DNA from: Thermodesulfobacteriota bacterium | GTDB lineage: Bacteria > Desulfobacterota_D > UBA1144 > Nemesobacterales > JAJCZQ01 | Length of the DNA: 64,000 bases | Assembly: GCA_965203965.1 (NCBI GenBank) | Contig: CBDBDR010000017.1 | Coordinates: forward strand, 1,152,001 to 1,216,000 | Direction: 5' to 3' | Shown: piece after piece, positions 1-9,377 of the stretch | Layout of the letters: each line of letters opens with the position of its first letter | Numbering within the stretch: position 1 is the stretch's first letter | The notes under the pieces: model-generated | Told to the model about the DNA's origin: nothing | What the model saw: only the letters and a program-made list of their open reading frames with translations | The model's database searches: none | Made by a program: the position numbers and the translations under genes

Positions 1-952
1 ATGCTCTATCTTTGGAAGGTCTTGATTCAATTTTGGACAGATTAACTCCCTGTTCAGCAAACGGAAGAAAAAATGATCTGTGAAGCGTTCCAGGCTCATC
101 TTTGAGGGAAAAAACAATTGAGGTTTTATCCTCCCCCGTAATCGGGTTTTCTTCATTACCTATTATTAAAAATCGAGTCGTGTTCTGTTTGCTGTCCTCA
201 ATGTTTGACTGAACGGTCTTTAAGTTGTAAATAGAGGCGGCATGGCCGCTTGCAATAGCGGCAACCTTCAAGTCTTCCGCGGCAATCTTTGCAGCTGATG
301 CGGTGCTTGAGGTTTCAACAAAATCAACACCCCTTAAATTCCTGCCAACCCATTTTTTACACTGTCCAAGAGCCTGCGGGTGGGAAGCAACAATTTTTAT
401 ATCATCTATCCTACCGGTTTTTGAAAGTAGAAGATGATTTATTCTCTCAAAATACTCTGCTAGAATTTTTACATTTTGTACAACAAAAACATCTAGCACA
501 CTGCCAACAGAACCCTCAATTGAATTTTCTACTGGGACAACCCCGAGTTCAAGCCTGTTTGCATTCACTTCCTCAAAAATATCTTCAATATTACCAAGAG
601 GGATAAGTTCCGAACTTTCTCCAAATTTATGAAATGCAGCCTGATTTGAAAAACTTCCTTTCGGACCCAAATAACCGACCTTGAGTGGTTTCTGCAAGTT
701 TCTACAGACTGAAACGATCTGCCTGAAAATAGAGATAACGTGCTCATCCTTCAAGGGACCGGAATTGATTCTCTGAAGCTTTTTTTCTATCTCCGTTTCC
801 CTTCCTGGGTCATATATTTGCAAGGAGTTTTGCTGCTTACGTTCCGATATTTCCAGTGCAATCTGTCCTCTTCTGTTAATGAGTTTCAAGATGCTAATAT
901 CAATATCGTCTATCTGCTCTCTCAGTTTATGCAGAATTTTAGAAGGTTTCAT
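1..952 (-). CDS. pheA: Bifunctional chorismate mutase/prephenate dehydratase (3' end runs off the window)
   Basis: Manual translation of the minus strand from the ATG at 952 gives MKPSKILHKLREQIDDIDISILKLINRRGQIALEI (chorismate mutase), then VGYLGPKGSFS, GVVPVENSIEGSV, NTTRFLIIG and NLSKIESRPS (PDT/ACT motifs). Absent from the ORF track because it is truncated. Confidence 0.93.
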   Translation of the reverse strand, partial: MKPSKILHKLREQIDDIDISILKLINRRGQIALEISERKQQNSLQIYDPGRETEIEKKLQRINSGPLKDEHVISIFRQIVSVCRNLQKPLKVGYLGPKGSFSNQAAFHKFGESSELIPLGNIEDIFEEVNANRLELGVVPVENSIEGSVGSVLDVFVVQNVKILAEYFERINHLLLSKTGRIDDIKIVASHPQALGQCKKWVGRNLRGVDFVETSSTASAAKIAAEDLKVAAIASGHAASIYNLKTVQSNIEDSKQNTTRFLIIGNEENPITGEDKTSIVFSLKDEPGTLHRSFFLPFAEQGVNLSKIESRPSKDRA

Positions 953-1043
953 GTTAAGAAATATAGATGAAAATTCTATCCTTTCACAAAGTTGTGAATT
1001 ATGTATATAACACCGTAAAAAGTCAACTAAACCAGCGGATAAT

Positions 1044-1889
1044 CTAATTTTTCTTAAACTTAACTCTGCCGAAAGGACCTGTTATCCTTGCAGATAGGCT
1101 TCCGTCTTTTTCCCTTTTCATAAAAGACTTGAGAAAACCCATCTTTGAACCCGGCTTTAATTCAAACCTTACAAAAATATTCAGGTTTCCATGTTCTATT
1201 TTCCAAGGCAACGGCGCCGTGCCGCTCAGAAAGAGTGTGAAGTCTTCATTTTCAAGTCGGAGTTTATCAAGCCGCGTTCCGGTTTTTTCTATTCTGCCTT
1301 CAAGATCAGCTTTTAAGGCATTGTAGTCAGGTAGAGTAAAACTTTTGAGCTTTAAACCAGAAAATGAAAAATTGGGGGAATACAGTTCGAATTTTCCAGT
1401 GGTATCAACTTTTCCGCTTACCTCTCCACCAAAATCTGGAATGCCCTTTTTGTTTTTTAACAAGCTCTCAATTACTTCAAGGTCAACTTCTTTCAACTCT
1501 GCCACAATAGAATCCGGCTTTTTTTTACCATCGGAGTAAATCACTACGCCCTTAATTTCGCCCTTTTTAATCCTTACATCAAAAGAAATTTTTCTGCTTT
1601 GTCTGAAAAAAGAGAACAATGAAGGAGATATCTTCAAACTGTCAATAGGCACGGCAATTTCATCCTGTTCTCTCAACAACTTCATATTACTGATACTTAC
1701 AACGGCCGGGGGTGAAACATCTAAATCACCAATCTCCACGCTAAGACCATAATTACTTGTGATTTCTGTAATTACTCTATTTTTCAAAGATTCTGTCGGG
1801 AAATACATATAGAAAAACAGGATCAGGAAAAAGAAAAATAGAACTAAAGACGCAATATACCTTGTAGTTTTGTTCGTCAACTTATACAT
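1044..1889 (-). CDS. gspN: Type II secretion system protein N-like
   Basis: N-terminal TM anchor ending in YFP, followed by a beta-rich periplasmic domain. Third gene of a gspL-gspM-gspN-like run. Confidence 0.6.
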   Translation of the reverse strand: MYKLTNKTTRYIASLVLFFFFLILFFYMYFPTESLKNRVITEITSNYGLSVEIGDLDVSPPAVVSISNMKLLREQDEIAVPIDSLKISPSLFSFFRQSRKISFDVRIKKGEIKGVVIYSDGKKKPDSIVAELKEVDLEVIESLLKNKKGIPDFGGEVSGKVDTTGKFELYSPNFSFSGLKLKSFTLPDYNALKADLEGRIEKTGTRLDKLRLENEDFTLFLSGTAPLPWKIEHGNLNIFVRFELKPGSKMGFLKSFMKREKDGSLSARITGPFGRVKFKKN

Positions 1890-2469
1890 CTACATCCCTA
1901 GCTATTTCAAACGTTGAAAGTTTGAAAGAAGCATCTACCAACTCAGACCTGTTGAATCTGATTTTAAGCCTTAGGTTTGAAACCTTTAGAAAACTGTCTC
2001 TGTTCTGAATGGAGTAAAGCACGTCTATTAATCTTTTAAGTGGAACTTTTTTAAGATCCACCTGCACAACTGCTTCATCCGACAACTCATATGAGTAGCT
2101 TTCATCCAACTTGCTGTCCTTGATTGAAAAACCTGTCCGTTCAATCCCGTTGTCAATAAATATCTTTTCAACAACTGAAATCAGCGATTCATTCTCCTTC
2201 TTGATAGTTCCAATCAATTCGTCCAACCTTTGTTTTGACTGCTTGTATTCGTTTTGAAGCACTCTTACCTGCATAAGGTTATTCTCAAGGACGGAAAGCT
2301 GTTTTTGATATTTACCGGAATTTCCTGCAAGCATGTTGTAGGAAGCTATCGTGATAAACAGGCAGATTATTACAAGACCAGTATAAACTGTTCTCCTGTC
2401 ACTTTTAGAACTCAAAAAGCCAGTCAGTTTTCTTATCTGGAACTGTCTTAATATGTTGTTAATATCCAC
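1882..2469 (-). CDS. Type II secretion GspM / PilO-like inner-membrane protein
   Basis: Single TM, coiled coil, then a ferredoxin-like C-terminus (VQVDLKKVPLKRLIDVLYSIQ...LKVSNLRLK). Lies between the GspL- and GspN-like genes. Confidence 0.6.
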   Translation of the reverse strand: MDINNILRQFQIRKLTGFLSSKSDRRTVYTGLVIICLFITIASYNMLAGNSGKYQKQLSVLENNLMQVRVLQNEYKQSKQRLDELIGTIKKENESLISVVEKIFIDNGIERTGFSIKDSKLDESYSYELSDEAVVQVDLKKVPLKRLIDVLYSIQNRDSFLKVSNLRLKIRFNRSELVDASFKLSTFEIARDVDV

Positions 2470-3912
2470 CTAATTAACCACCATTGACATAACGAACTTG
2501 ACGCTATTATCCACAGATTGACTTACATGATCTCTTTTTACATCTTTGAATCTTTTGGATTCAGAAAGTATTTTCTCCACAGTTGCAATATCCTTGTATG
2601 AAATGCACCTGCCCCAGATTTTTAATTGCTTTCCTGACTCAAATCTGACTTCATCAACTCTTATGTTTAAACTGTCAGGAAAAGCAGAGGCAATATCCCT
2701 TATTACATCCAATGGAGTTGAACCGCCCTTAACTTCTTCTACAAGGTCAAGTTTGTCCCTAACTTTTGCAATTTCAGTTTCAATAAAAGAAACTGGGTCG
2801 GGTATAACAGTGGGCGCATCTGGAAAAACTTTTTTTACTTCCCTCTTAATTTCATTCCGCAGTAATTTAACTTCCTTTTTTGAGATCATAGACTCAGAAA
2901 AACCCCTGTAAAAAGTCAGTATCAGAAAAACTGCAATAAGCAAACTCGGAATCAAAAAATTTTTTCTTATATCAATGCCTTTACCTTCAAACTCAAATTC
3001 ATTGATTCTCAAATTCAGACTGTCTTGGTCAGAGTAAGCCCCGTAAAGCGCAATTGCATACGATTTTGCATAAAGTGGAGAATCCTCCTTGCCAAGTTCA
3101 GGTATGAATATCCTGCTGACGGACTTGTTAAGATATTCCGCCAAAATATCTTCAACACCCTCAACTAGGCACACATCTCCGGTCAGAACAACTGACTTGA
3201 TTTCATCTCTTAATTCACTTTCAAAAAAATGCGTAGTTCCAACTATTTCAGTAATGAGGGGTTGGATTTTTCCCTTGTCTATGTTCTCAATCTCGAGACC
3301 ACCAATAAACATGGATGAGGAAGCAGGTAAAGATCTCACTCTTCTTAGACCATTTTCATCAAAAAGCATGAAGTTTGTCTCATCGGAGCTAATATCTAGT
3401 AACAAAAATGGCCTCTCATAAGACAGACGGCTGTTTAACGAACTGAAAGCAACAGGTGAGAATGTTACGAAACTTGGGTCAATGCCGCTTTTTTTTAGAA
3501 ATTCAAGAAATGACTCCATATCGGCTTTTTCAAACATTGAAACAAGCACCTCTGAAAAACCATCTCTTTTTAACAAGTGGTATGAATGCAACTTTTCATC
3601 GGGATTGTGAACTGTCTCGTTTTCAAGTTCAAACTTGTAAACCTGCTTTATCTTACTGGAATCCTTAAATGGAAATTTAAGCACTCTCGAGGATATAGGT
3701 GATGTTGTTATTGCGGTACAGATGCTGTAGTTGACCAGATCAAGTTTACTTAATGAGGAAAATAATAGAGCTTCTTGTACATTATTATTCATGCTTGATT
3801 GTGGAAACACAGACTCCTTTATACCTATTTTCTCCCCTCTAACAGACTTGTGAACAGCACAAACCCTCAAACGAGTGTTTCCAACATCTAAACCTAAGAA
3901 TCTTCCAAACAT
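2470..3912 (-). CDS. GspL / PilM-PilN-like protein (actin-like cytoplasmic domain + TM + periplasmic domain)
   Basis: LGLDVG, LLLDIS and VVLTGD actin-like motifs, a TM near residue 320, and a PilN-like C-terminus (TPLDVIRDIASAFP). Confidence 0.7.
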   Translation of the reverse strand: MFGRFLGLDVGNTRLRVCAVHKSVRGEKIGIKESVFPQSSMNNNVQEALLFSSLSKLDLVNYSICTAITTSPISSRVLKFPFKDSSKIKQVYKFELENETVHNPDEKLHSYHLLKRDGFSEVLVSMFEKADMESFLEFLKKSGIDPSFVTFSPVAFSSLNSRLSYERPFLLLDISSDETNFMLFDENGLRRVRSLPASSSMFIGGLEIENIDKGKIQPLITEIVGTTHFFESELRDEIKSVVLTGDVCLVEGVEDILAEYLNKSVSRIFIPELGKEDSPLYAKSYAIALYGAYSDQDSLNLRINEFEFEGKGIDIRKNFLIPSLLIAVFLILTFYRGFSESMISKKEVKLLRNEIKREVKKVFPDAPTVIPDPVSFIETEIAKVRDKLDLVEEVKGGSTPLDVIRDIASAFPDSLNIRVDEVRFESGKQLKIWGRCISYKDIATVEKILSESKRFKDVKRDHVSQSVDNSVKFVMSMVVN

Positions 3913-3959
3913 GTTTAAGTAAAAAAGTTAATTTTATCTTCAATATATAAGAAATTAAC

Positions 3960-4670
3960 TTAAAAGTCAATTTGCCTGCTAGCGGTCGTCAAAGTAAGTA
4001 CCTGAACTGAAGCGGCACCTGCTTCCAGCAAAACCTTGGAGCATTCATTTACAGTTGAACCGGTGGTGAAAACATCATCTATTAAGAGCACGGAAGTGCC
4101 CTTTATTCTAGCAGCATCTCTAACAGAAAATGCATCCTTTACGTTCTTTTTTCTCTCTTTTAAACTTTTAAATGACACTTGCGGTAAAGTGTCTCTTACC
4201 TTGCAGAGTGCAAAAGGGTCATATACACACCCAGAACTCACAGAAAAATTTTTTCCAAGTATTGCAGACTGATTATATTCTCTTTTTCTTAACCTGTTCA
4301 AATGCACTGGAACAGGCAGTATCAGATCAAAAAAACCAAGACCTCTTGGAACATTCATCACAAATATATCGGACAACAACTTTCCTATGTAGAGTTTTCC
4401 TCGGTATTTAAAGAGGTGTAAAAGTTCTCTTATTAAACCGTCGTAATGAGCTACAAACCTTGCCCGTGTAAAGTAGAGACTGTGATTAAGGCATCTCGCA
4501 CTCAGGTGACATGAATTTTCGCTACATTCATTAAAGGGAATCCCGCAAACACTGCATCCGGATTTTTCTTCTAAAAAGCTAATGCTGGAATAGCAATCAT
4601 CACAAATCCCAATATTGACGACGTGTTTTTGGCAGGAGACACATACGTTCGGAAAAACGAATCTCAACAT
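3960..4670 (-). CDS. comF: ComF family amidophosphoribosyltransferase-like protein
   Basis: N-terminal CxxC zinc motifs, VPVHLNRLRKREYNQ, and the PRPP-binding motif VLLIDDVFTTGST. Confidence 0.9.
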   Translation of the reverse strand: MLRFVFPNVCVSCQKHVVNIGICDDCYSSISFLEEKSGCSVCGIPFNECSENSCHLSARCLNHSLYFTRARFVAHYDGLIRELLHLFKYRGKLYIGKLLSDIFVMNVPRGLGFFDLILPVPVHLNRLRKREYNQSAILGKNFSVSSGCVYDPFALCKVRDTLPQVSFKSLKERKKNVKDAFSVRDAARIKGTSVLLIDDVFTTGSTVNECSKVLLEAGAASVQVLTLTTASRQIDF

Positions 4671-4677
4671 TATGCTA

Positions 4678-5778
4678 TCAAATTCTCATTGGCATTACGA
4701 TGCAGATATAGTTTTCCTCATTTTTAGGTTTTATAAGCACAGGGCTTAATTCATCCGAAAGTCCAAAAATGACATCTTCTTTATCAATAGATTCAAGAGC
4801 TTCTATAAGGTAATTTCCACTGAAGCCTATTTCTTTCAAACCACCGTCGTAATTAACTTCAAAATCCTCTTTAGCCTCTCCAACGTCCTGAGATACAGAT
4901 TTAAGAACTATAGATTCTTTATCAAACGTAACCTTTACACTTTTTGTCCTTTCAGAGGAAAATACACATACTCTCTTCAACGAACTCAAGAACTGATCTC
5001 TACTAATTTCTAATTCAAATTCCGTTTCATCAGGCACAACCTGCCTGTAATCTGGAAAATCAGCATCTATCAATCTAGAAAAAATAGTGGTGTCTTCACC
5101 AACAGCTGCAAAGAAGTTACTCTCAAACCCAATCTGAATAGGCTCACTTTGCTTCAGTATCTTCCTAAGCTCCAAAACCGCTTTTTTTGGAACAATCACA
5201 CTGCTTAACAACTTCACGTCATCACTTGAAGAATTTTCAACAAAACTCAACCTATGTCCATCAGTTGCCACAAGTCTTAGGTTGTTCTGTCCACTTTTTT
5301 CAAAACAAATTCCACAAAGATTTCTCCTCATATCATCTGATGACACACAATAGACGGTTTTTGATATCATATCATCCAGTAGGAGAGAGTCTATCGTAAA
5401 TAAACCATCAACGGCGACTTCCGGAATTTGTGGAAAATCCGTACTGGGAAGACCAGCTATCTTATAATTCCCATTACCTGCATTCAACTCAATCCAACTG
5501 TTTTTTATCTCATTGATCTCAATGAGACCATCAGGTAATTCACGCACAATCTCAAACAACTTACGAGCAGGAACTGCAATACTGGATTTATGACTAACAT
5601 CAGCACTCATCTGTGTGGTCAAAGTTGTTTCAAGATCGGTTGCAGTAATTCTTACTATGCCATCGGTGCTCGTCAGAAGTATAGAAGAAAGCACAGGCAT
5701 TGTCGTTTTTCTTTCTGCAACGCCTTGTACTAGAGTTAACTTTTCTAAAAATTTTTGTTTATCAACAGAAAATTGCAT
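4678..5778 (-). CDS. dnaN: DNA polymerase III beta sliding clamp
   Basis: ATDLE, VATDGHRL, SRLIDADFPDY and C-terminal VMPMRI motifs; directly downstream of dnaA. Confidence 0.98.
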   Translation of the reverse strand: MQFSVDKQKFLEKLTLVQGVAERKTTMPVLSSILLTSTDGIVRITATDLETTLTTQMSADVSHKSSIAVPARKLFEIVRELPDGLIEINEIKNSWIELNAGNGNYKIAGLPSTDFPQIPEVAVDGLFTIDSLLLDDMISKTVYCVSSDDMRRNLCGICFEKSGQNNLRLVATDGHRLSFVENSSSDDVKLLSSVIVPKKAVLELRKILKQSEPIQIGFESNFFAAVGEDTTIFSRLIDADFPDYRQVVPDETEFELEISRDQFLSSLKRVCVFSSERTKSVKVTFDKESIVLKSVSQDVGEAKEDFEVNYDGGLKEIGFSGNYLIEALESIDKEDVIFGLSDELSPVLIKPKNEENYICIVMPMRI

Positions 5779-5998
5779 CGTTTATTATCCTTGGTTGTTT
5801 ATTCTTCTTAACATATTTTAGATAATAATAATAATAAGGAATGTGAATTTGTTAAATAGTTAGCAAACTCCCTTTGTTCTTTGGATTATATCCTGTTTAT
5901 AGAATTAATATAAGTTCACATAGTATCAACATATTTTTTGGTTTTCCACAACTACCATAAAACATCAACATTTTAATAACAGTTTATTTAACAATTTA
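5779..5998. promoter_or_regulatory. Probable oriC (dnaA-dnaN intergenic) with DnaA boxes and DnaA-trios
   Basis: The minus strand reads TATTTAACA-AATTCACA-TTCC-TTATTATTATTATTATCTA (5858 down to 5819), the layout of the B. subtilis unwinding module. A further box TTTTCCACA lies at 5942-5950. The region is very AT-rich, and gene orientation switches near here. Confidence 0.75.
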
Positions 5999-7408
5999 TC
6001 AAGTGTTCATGTTGTCTATTCTTTTTGATATTGCATTCACAGATTTTGTGAGAGCTAGGTCGTTACCAAGCAGTCTTTCTATTTTATTAAAGCCGTGTAT
6101 GATGGTTGAATGATCCTTTCCCCCAAATTTTTCTCCTATTTCTGGGAAGGAAGATACTGTGTATTTACGCGAAAGATACATGGCTATTTGTCTTGGTATT
6201 GATATATTTTTCTGCTTTTTGCTTGATTTTAAGTCTAAAACTCTCAAACCAAAGTAAGAGGCGACCTCTCTTAAAATAGCCTCAACAGTAACTACTCTTT
6301 CTTTTGCAATTTTTCCCACGGTTCCTTTTGCCATATCTATGTCAATTTCTTTGTTTGTAAGCCTTGACTGTGCCACCAGATTGTTAAATAGTCCTTCAAG
6401 TTTTCTGACGTTTGACTCGGAGTGTTGTGCCAGAAACATCTTTGCCTCTATTGGTATTTCAATGCCTTCCGATTCTTCTTTCTGGGTTAATATTGCCATT
6501 CTGGTCTCAAACTCCGGTGGTTGAATGTCTGCTGTCAAGCCCCACTCGAACCTTGAACTAAGCCTGTCTTCCAATTTGAGCATTTCACTTGGAGGTTTAT
6601 CGCTCGTCAAGACTATATGCTTTTTTGATTCGTAAAGTGCGTTAAATGTATGAAAAAAAACCTCCTGTGTGCTTTCTTTTCCAGCTATGAACTGTATGTC
6701 GTCAATAAGTAGAATGTCACACCCAAAACGGTAGCGGTTGTGAAACTCTTCCATCTTGTTGGTTTTTATTCCTCTAATAACTTGATTTGTAAACTCCTCG
6801 GCAGAGACAGAACACACGTTCTGTTTGCTTTTTTTTATATGATTGCCAATTGCATTAAGCAAGTGGGTTTTTCCCAGACCTACACCTCCATAGATGAAAA
6901 GAGGATTATAGGTTGTTCCAGTTTTATGAGCAACCGCGTGAGAAGCTGCATGAGCAAACCGGTTGCTTGGTCCCACAACAAAATTTTCAAACGTATAAGA
7001 GGGGTTCAAATTGCCGAGTAGCTCTGTCTGTCTTGCTATGAATTCAGTCTTTCTTCCTATTGTTAAGGCTGGTTTGATTTTTCCTGGAGATTTAGCGGTA
7101 TTCTGATCTTTCGATGATGAAACAACTTTTATTTCAAACTTCCTATTGTAAATCTCGTTGATTGTTTCACTTATAAAGTCAATGTAGTGATTTTCCACCC
7201 AGTTCTTATCAAAGTTTGATTTTGCCGCCAATATTATGGTGTTTGCCTCTTGGTGTACCAATTCTAGAGATTCAAACCAACCTGAATAAACATGTGCGTT
7301 GGATTTTTCTTTTATTTTCTCAAGTATATTGCTCCACGTGACTGAAAACGGAATTTCTTCTTGGACTGAACGCGGTATTTCCAAATTACCTCTCCCAAAA
7401 TCACCCAA
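5999..7408 (-). CDS. dnaA: Chromosomal replication initiator DnaA
   Basis: YTFENFVVG, NPLFIYGGVGLGKTHL, LLIDDIQF, RLSSRFEWGL and GGKDHSTIIH motifs. The exact start codon is uncertain. Confidence 0.99.
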   Translation of the reverse strand: MGDFGRGNLEIPRSVQEEIPFSVTWSNILEKIKEKSNAHVYSGWFESLELVHQEANTIILAAKSNFDKNWVENHYIDFISETINEIYNRKFEIKVVSSSKDQNTAKSPGKIKPALTIGRKTEFIARQTELLGNLNPSYTFENFVVGPSNRFAHAASHAVAHKTGTTYNPLFIYGGVGLGKTHLLNAIGNHIKKSKQNVCSVSAEEFTNQVIRGIKTNKMEEFHNRYRFGCDILLIDDIQFIAGKESTQEVFFHTFNALYESKKHIVLTSDKPPSEMLKLEDRLSSRFEWGLTADIQPPEFETRMAILTQKEESEGIEIPIEAKMFLAQHSESNVRKLEGLFNNLVAQSRLTNKEIDIDMAKGTVGKIAKERVVTVEAILREVASYFGLRVLDLKSSKKQKNISIPRQIAMYLSRKYTVSSFPEIGEKFGGKDHSTIIHGFNKIERLLGNDLALTKSVNAISKRIDNMNT

Positions 7409-7792
7409 ATAATGAAAGTTATATTAGGGATTTAACAAGATATATAATATATTGTCAACAAAGAATTTTTTTAATAATTTATTTTTTAATAATTACAGTA
7501 TGTTGCAGTCTGCCATCTATTGGGGATTTAACAGCTCAGTCTTTTTGGGTCTGTGTTGGAATCAAGTAAAAAGTCATAATATCCCGTAATTATTGAAAAA
7601 AGTGAAAGAACGACTGTTTTTACACCAATTTTTTATTAAAAAATTATACAAATTCCCATTTAAAAACTTATACTGATTTTTCATCAAAAAAACTCTTAAA
7701 CTTATACTGTTGTTTGTTCAACTACACAAAATCTTAATTTCAAATATAATCATCGGATTGTTTCCAAGTTATTTAGTAGCGAGGAAGTGTAA

Positions 7793-9325
7793 TTGATCTC
7801 TAAGGTTTTAAGTGCAGCTGTTCTGGGAGTGGAGGCTTATCTGGTAGAAGTTGAGGTGGATATTTCGCCTGGTCTTCCGCAGTTTACAACCGTTGGTCTT
7901 GCCGAGGGTGCAGTTAGAGAAAGCAAGGAGCGAGTAAGATCGGCTATAAAAAACTGCCGATACGATTTTCCCCAGAGGCGTATAACGGTAAATCTCGCAC
8001 CTGCAGATATAAAAAAAGAAGGTTCGTCCTTTGATCTTCCGATCTCAATTGGAATTCTTGCGGCTTCAGGCATTATCAAAACGGATTTACTGGGCGAATA
8101 TTTCTTCATGGGAGAGCTTTCACTGGACGGCAAGATAAAGTCTGTAAAAGGGGTTCTTTCTGCTGCTTTACTTGCAAAGAAAATGGAACTGAAAGGGATA
8201 ATAGTTCCAAGGGGAAATTCTCTGGAAGCAGCTTTTGTGGAAGGTGTTGACGTAATTGCCGTGGATACCGTTCAAGATGCCGTGGAGTTTATCATAGGTG
8301 AACGTGAGATCCAGCCTGAAAAAGCAGACTTAAATGGGATCTTTGAAAAGCGGAGCATCTATGATCTGGATTTTGATGAAGTGAAAGGTCAACATCATGT
8401 AAAAAGGGCACTTGAAGTTGCCGCAAGCGGAGGACACAATGTTTTAATGATCGGCTCTCCGGGCAGCGGTAAAACAATGCTTGCCAGAAGGGTCACAACT
8501 ATACTCCCGGACATCACTTTTGAGGAAGCTCTTGAAACGTCAAAGATCTATTCCGTTGCTGGTCTTCTACCGCGAAATGAGTCGTTCATTGCAACCAGAC
8601 CCTTTAGAACTCCTCATCACACAATCAGCGATGCGGGACTGATAGGGGGTGGTGCTTACCCAAAGCCTGGCGAGGTAAGCCTTGCACATAACGGGGTTTT
8701 GTTTTTGGACGAGTTTCCCGAGTTTAAAAAGAACGTGATAGAGGTATTAAGACAACCTCTGGAGGATGGTAACGTTACAATTGCAAGGGCTCTGACCTCA
8801 ATTACCTATCCATCTAGTTTTATGCTGGTTGCAGCAATGAATCCTTGCCCGTGTGGATATTACGGCGACCCAGGTAAACAATGCGTGTGTAGTCACCACC
8901 AGATACATAAATACAGATCCAGATTGTCAGGTCCCCTTTTGGATAGGTTAGATATACATATTGAAGTGCCGTCATTGGATTACAAAAAACTTACTGAGAA
9001 CAGACTTGAGGAATCATCTCAGAAAGTGAGGAATAGAGTAAATAATGCGAGATCGGCACAGAAAAATAGATTTGAAGGCACGGACATATATTCAAATTCC
9101 CAGACGCCACCAAAACTGGTAAGGAAACATTGCCAGCCAAATTCCGAAGGTATCAGGCTTTTGATCAGTGCAATAAAGAAACTGGGCTTGAGTGCCAGAG
9201 CATACGACAGGATACTAAAGGTTGCAAGAACCATAGCTGATCTGGAAGGAGCCTGTGATGTTGCAAGTCATCATATTTCGGAAGCTATACAGTACAGAAG
9301 TTTAGACAGATATACTATTTATTGA
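7793..9325 (+). CDS. comM: YifB/ComM family Mg-chelatase-like AAA+ ATPase
   Basis: ITVNLAPAD, GSPGSGKTML, PFRTPHHT, SLAHNGVLFLDEFPEF and AMNPCPCG motifs. Confidence 0.93.
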   Translation: MISKVLSAAVLGVEAYLVEVEVDISPGLPQFTTVGLAEGAVRESKERVRSAIKNCRYDFPQRRITVNLAPADIKKEGSSFDLPISIGILAASGIIKTDLLGEYFFMGELSLDGKIKSVKGVLSAALLAKKMELKGIIVPRGNSLEAAFVEGVDVIAVDTVQDAVEFIIGEREIQPEKADLNGIFEKRSIYDLDFDEVKGQHHVKRALEVAASGGHNVLMIGSPGSGKTMLARRVTTILPDITFEEALETSKIYSVAGLLPRNESFIATRPFRTPHHTISDAGLIGGGAYPKPGEVSLAHNGVLFLDEFPEFKKNVIEVLRQPLEDGNVTIARALTSITYPSSFMLVAAMNPCPCGYYGDPGKQCVCSHHQIHKYRSRLSGPLLDRLDIHIEVPSLDYKKLTENRLEESSQKVRNRVNNARSAQKNRFEGTDIYSNSQTPPKLVRKHCQPNSEGIRLLISAIKKLGLSARAYDRILKVARTIADLEGACDVASHHISEAIQYRSLDRYTIY

Positions 9326-9377
9326 TCCAAATAGAAACGAACTTGAAAATTAAAATCTTAATCAAGGGTGAAACAAG

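Noticed and set aside
289..970. Short ORFs 289-606, 565-747 and 740-970
   Set aside because: They are shadow ORFs of the minus-strand pheA gene. The many other 60-160 aa antisense or nested ORFs in the track were rejected for the same reason.
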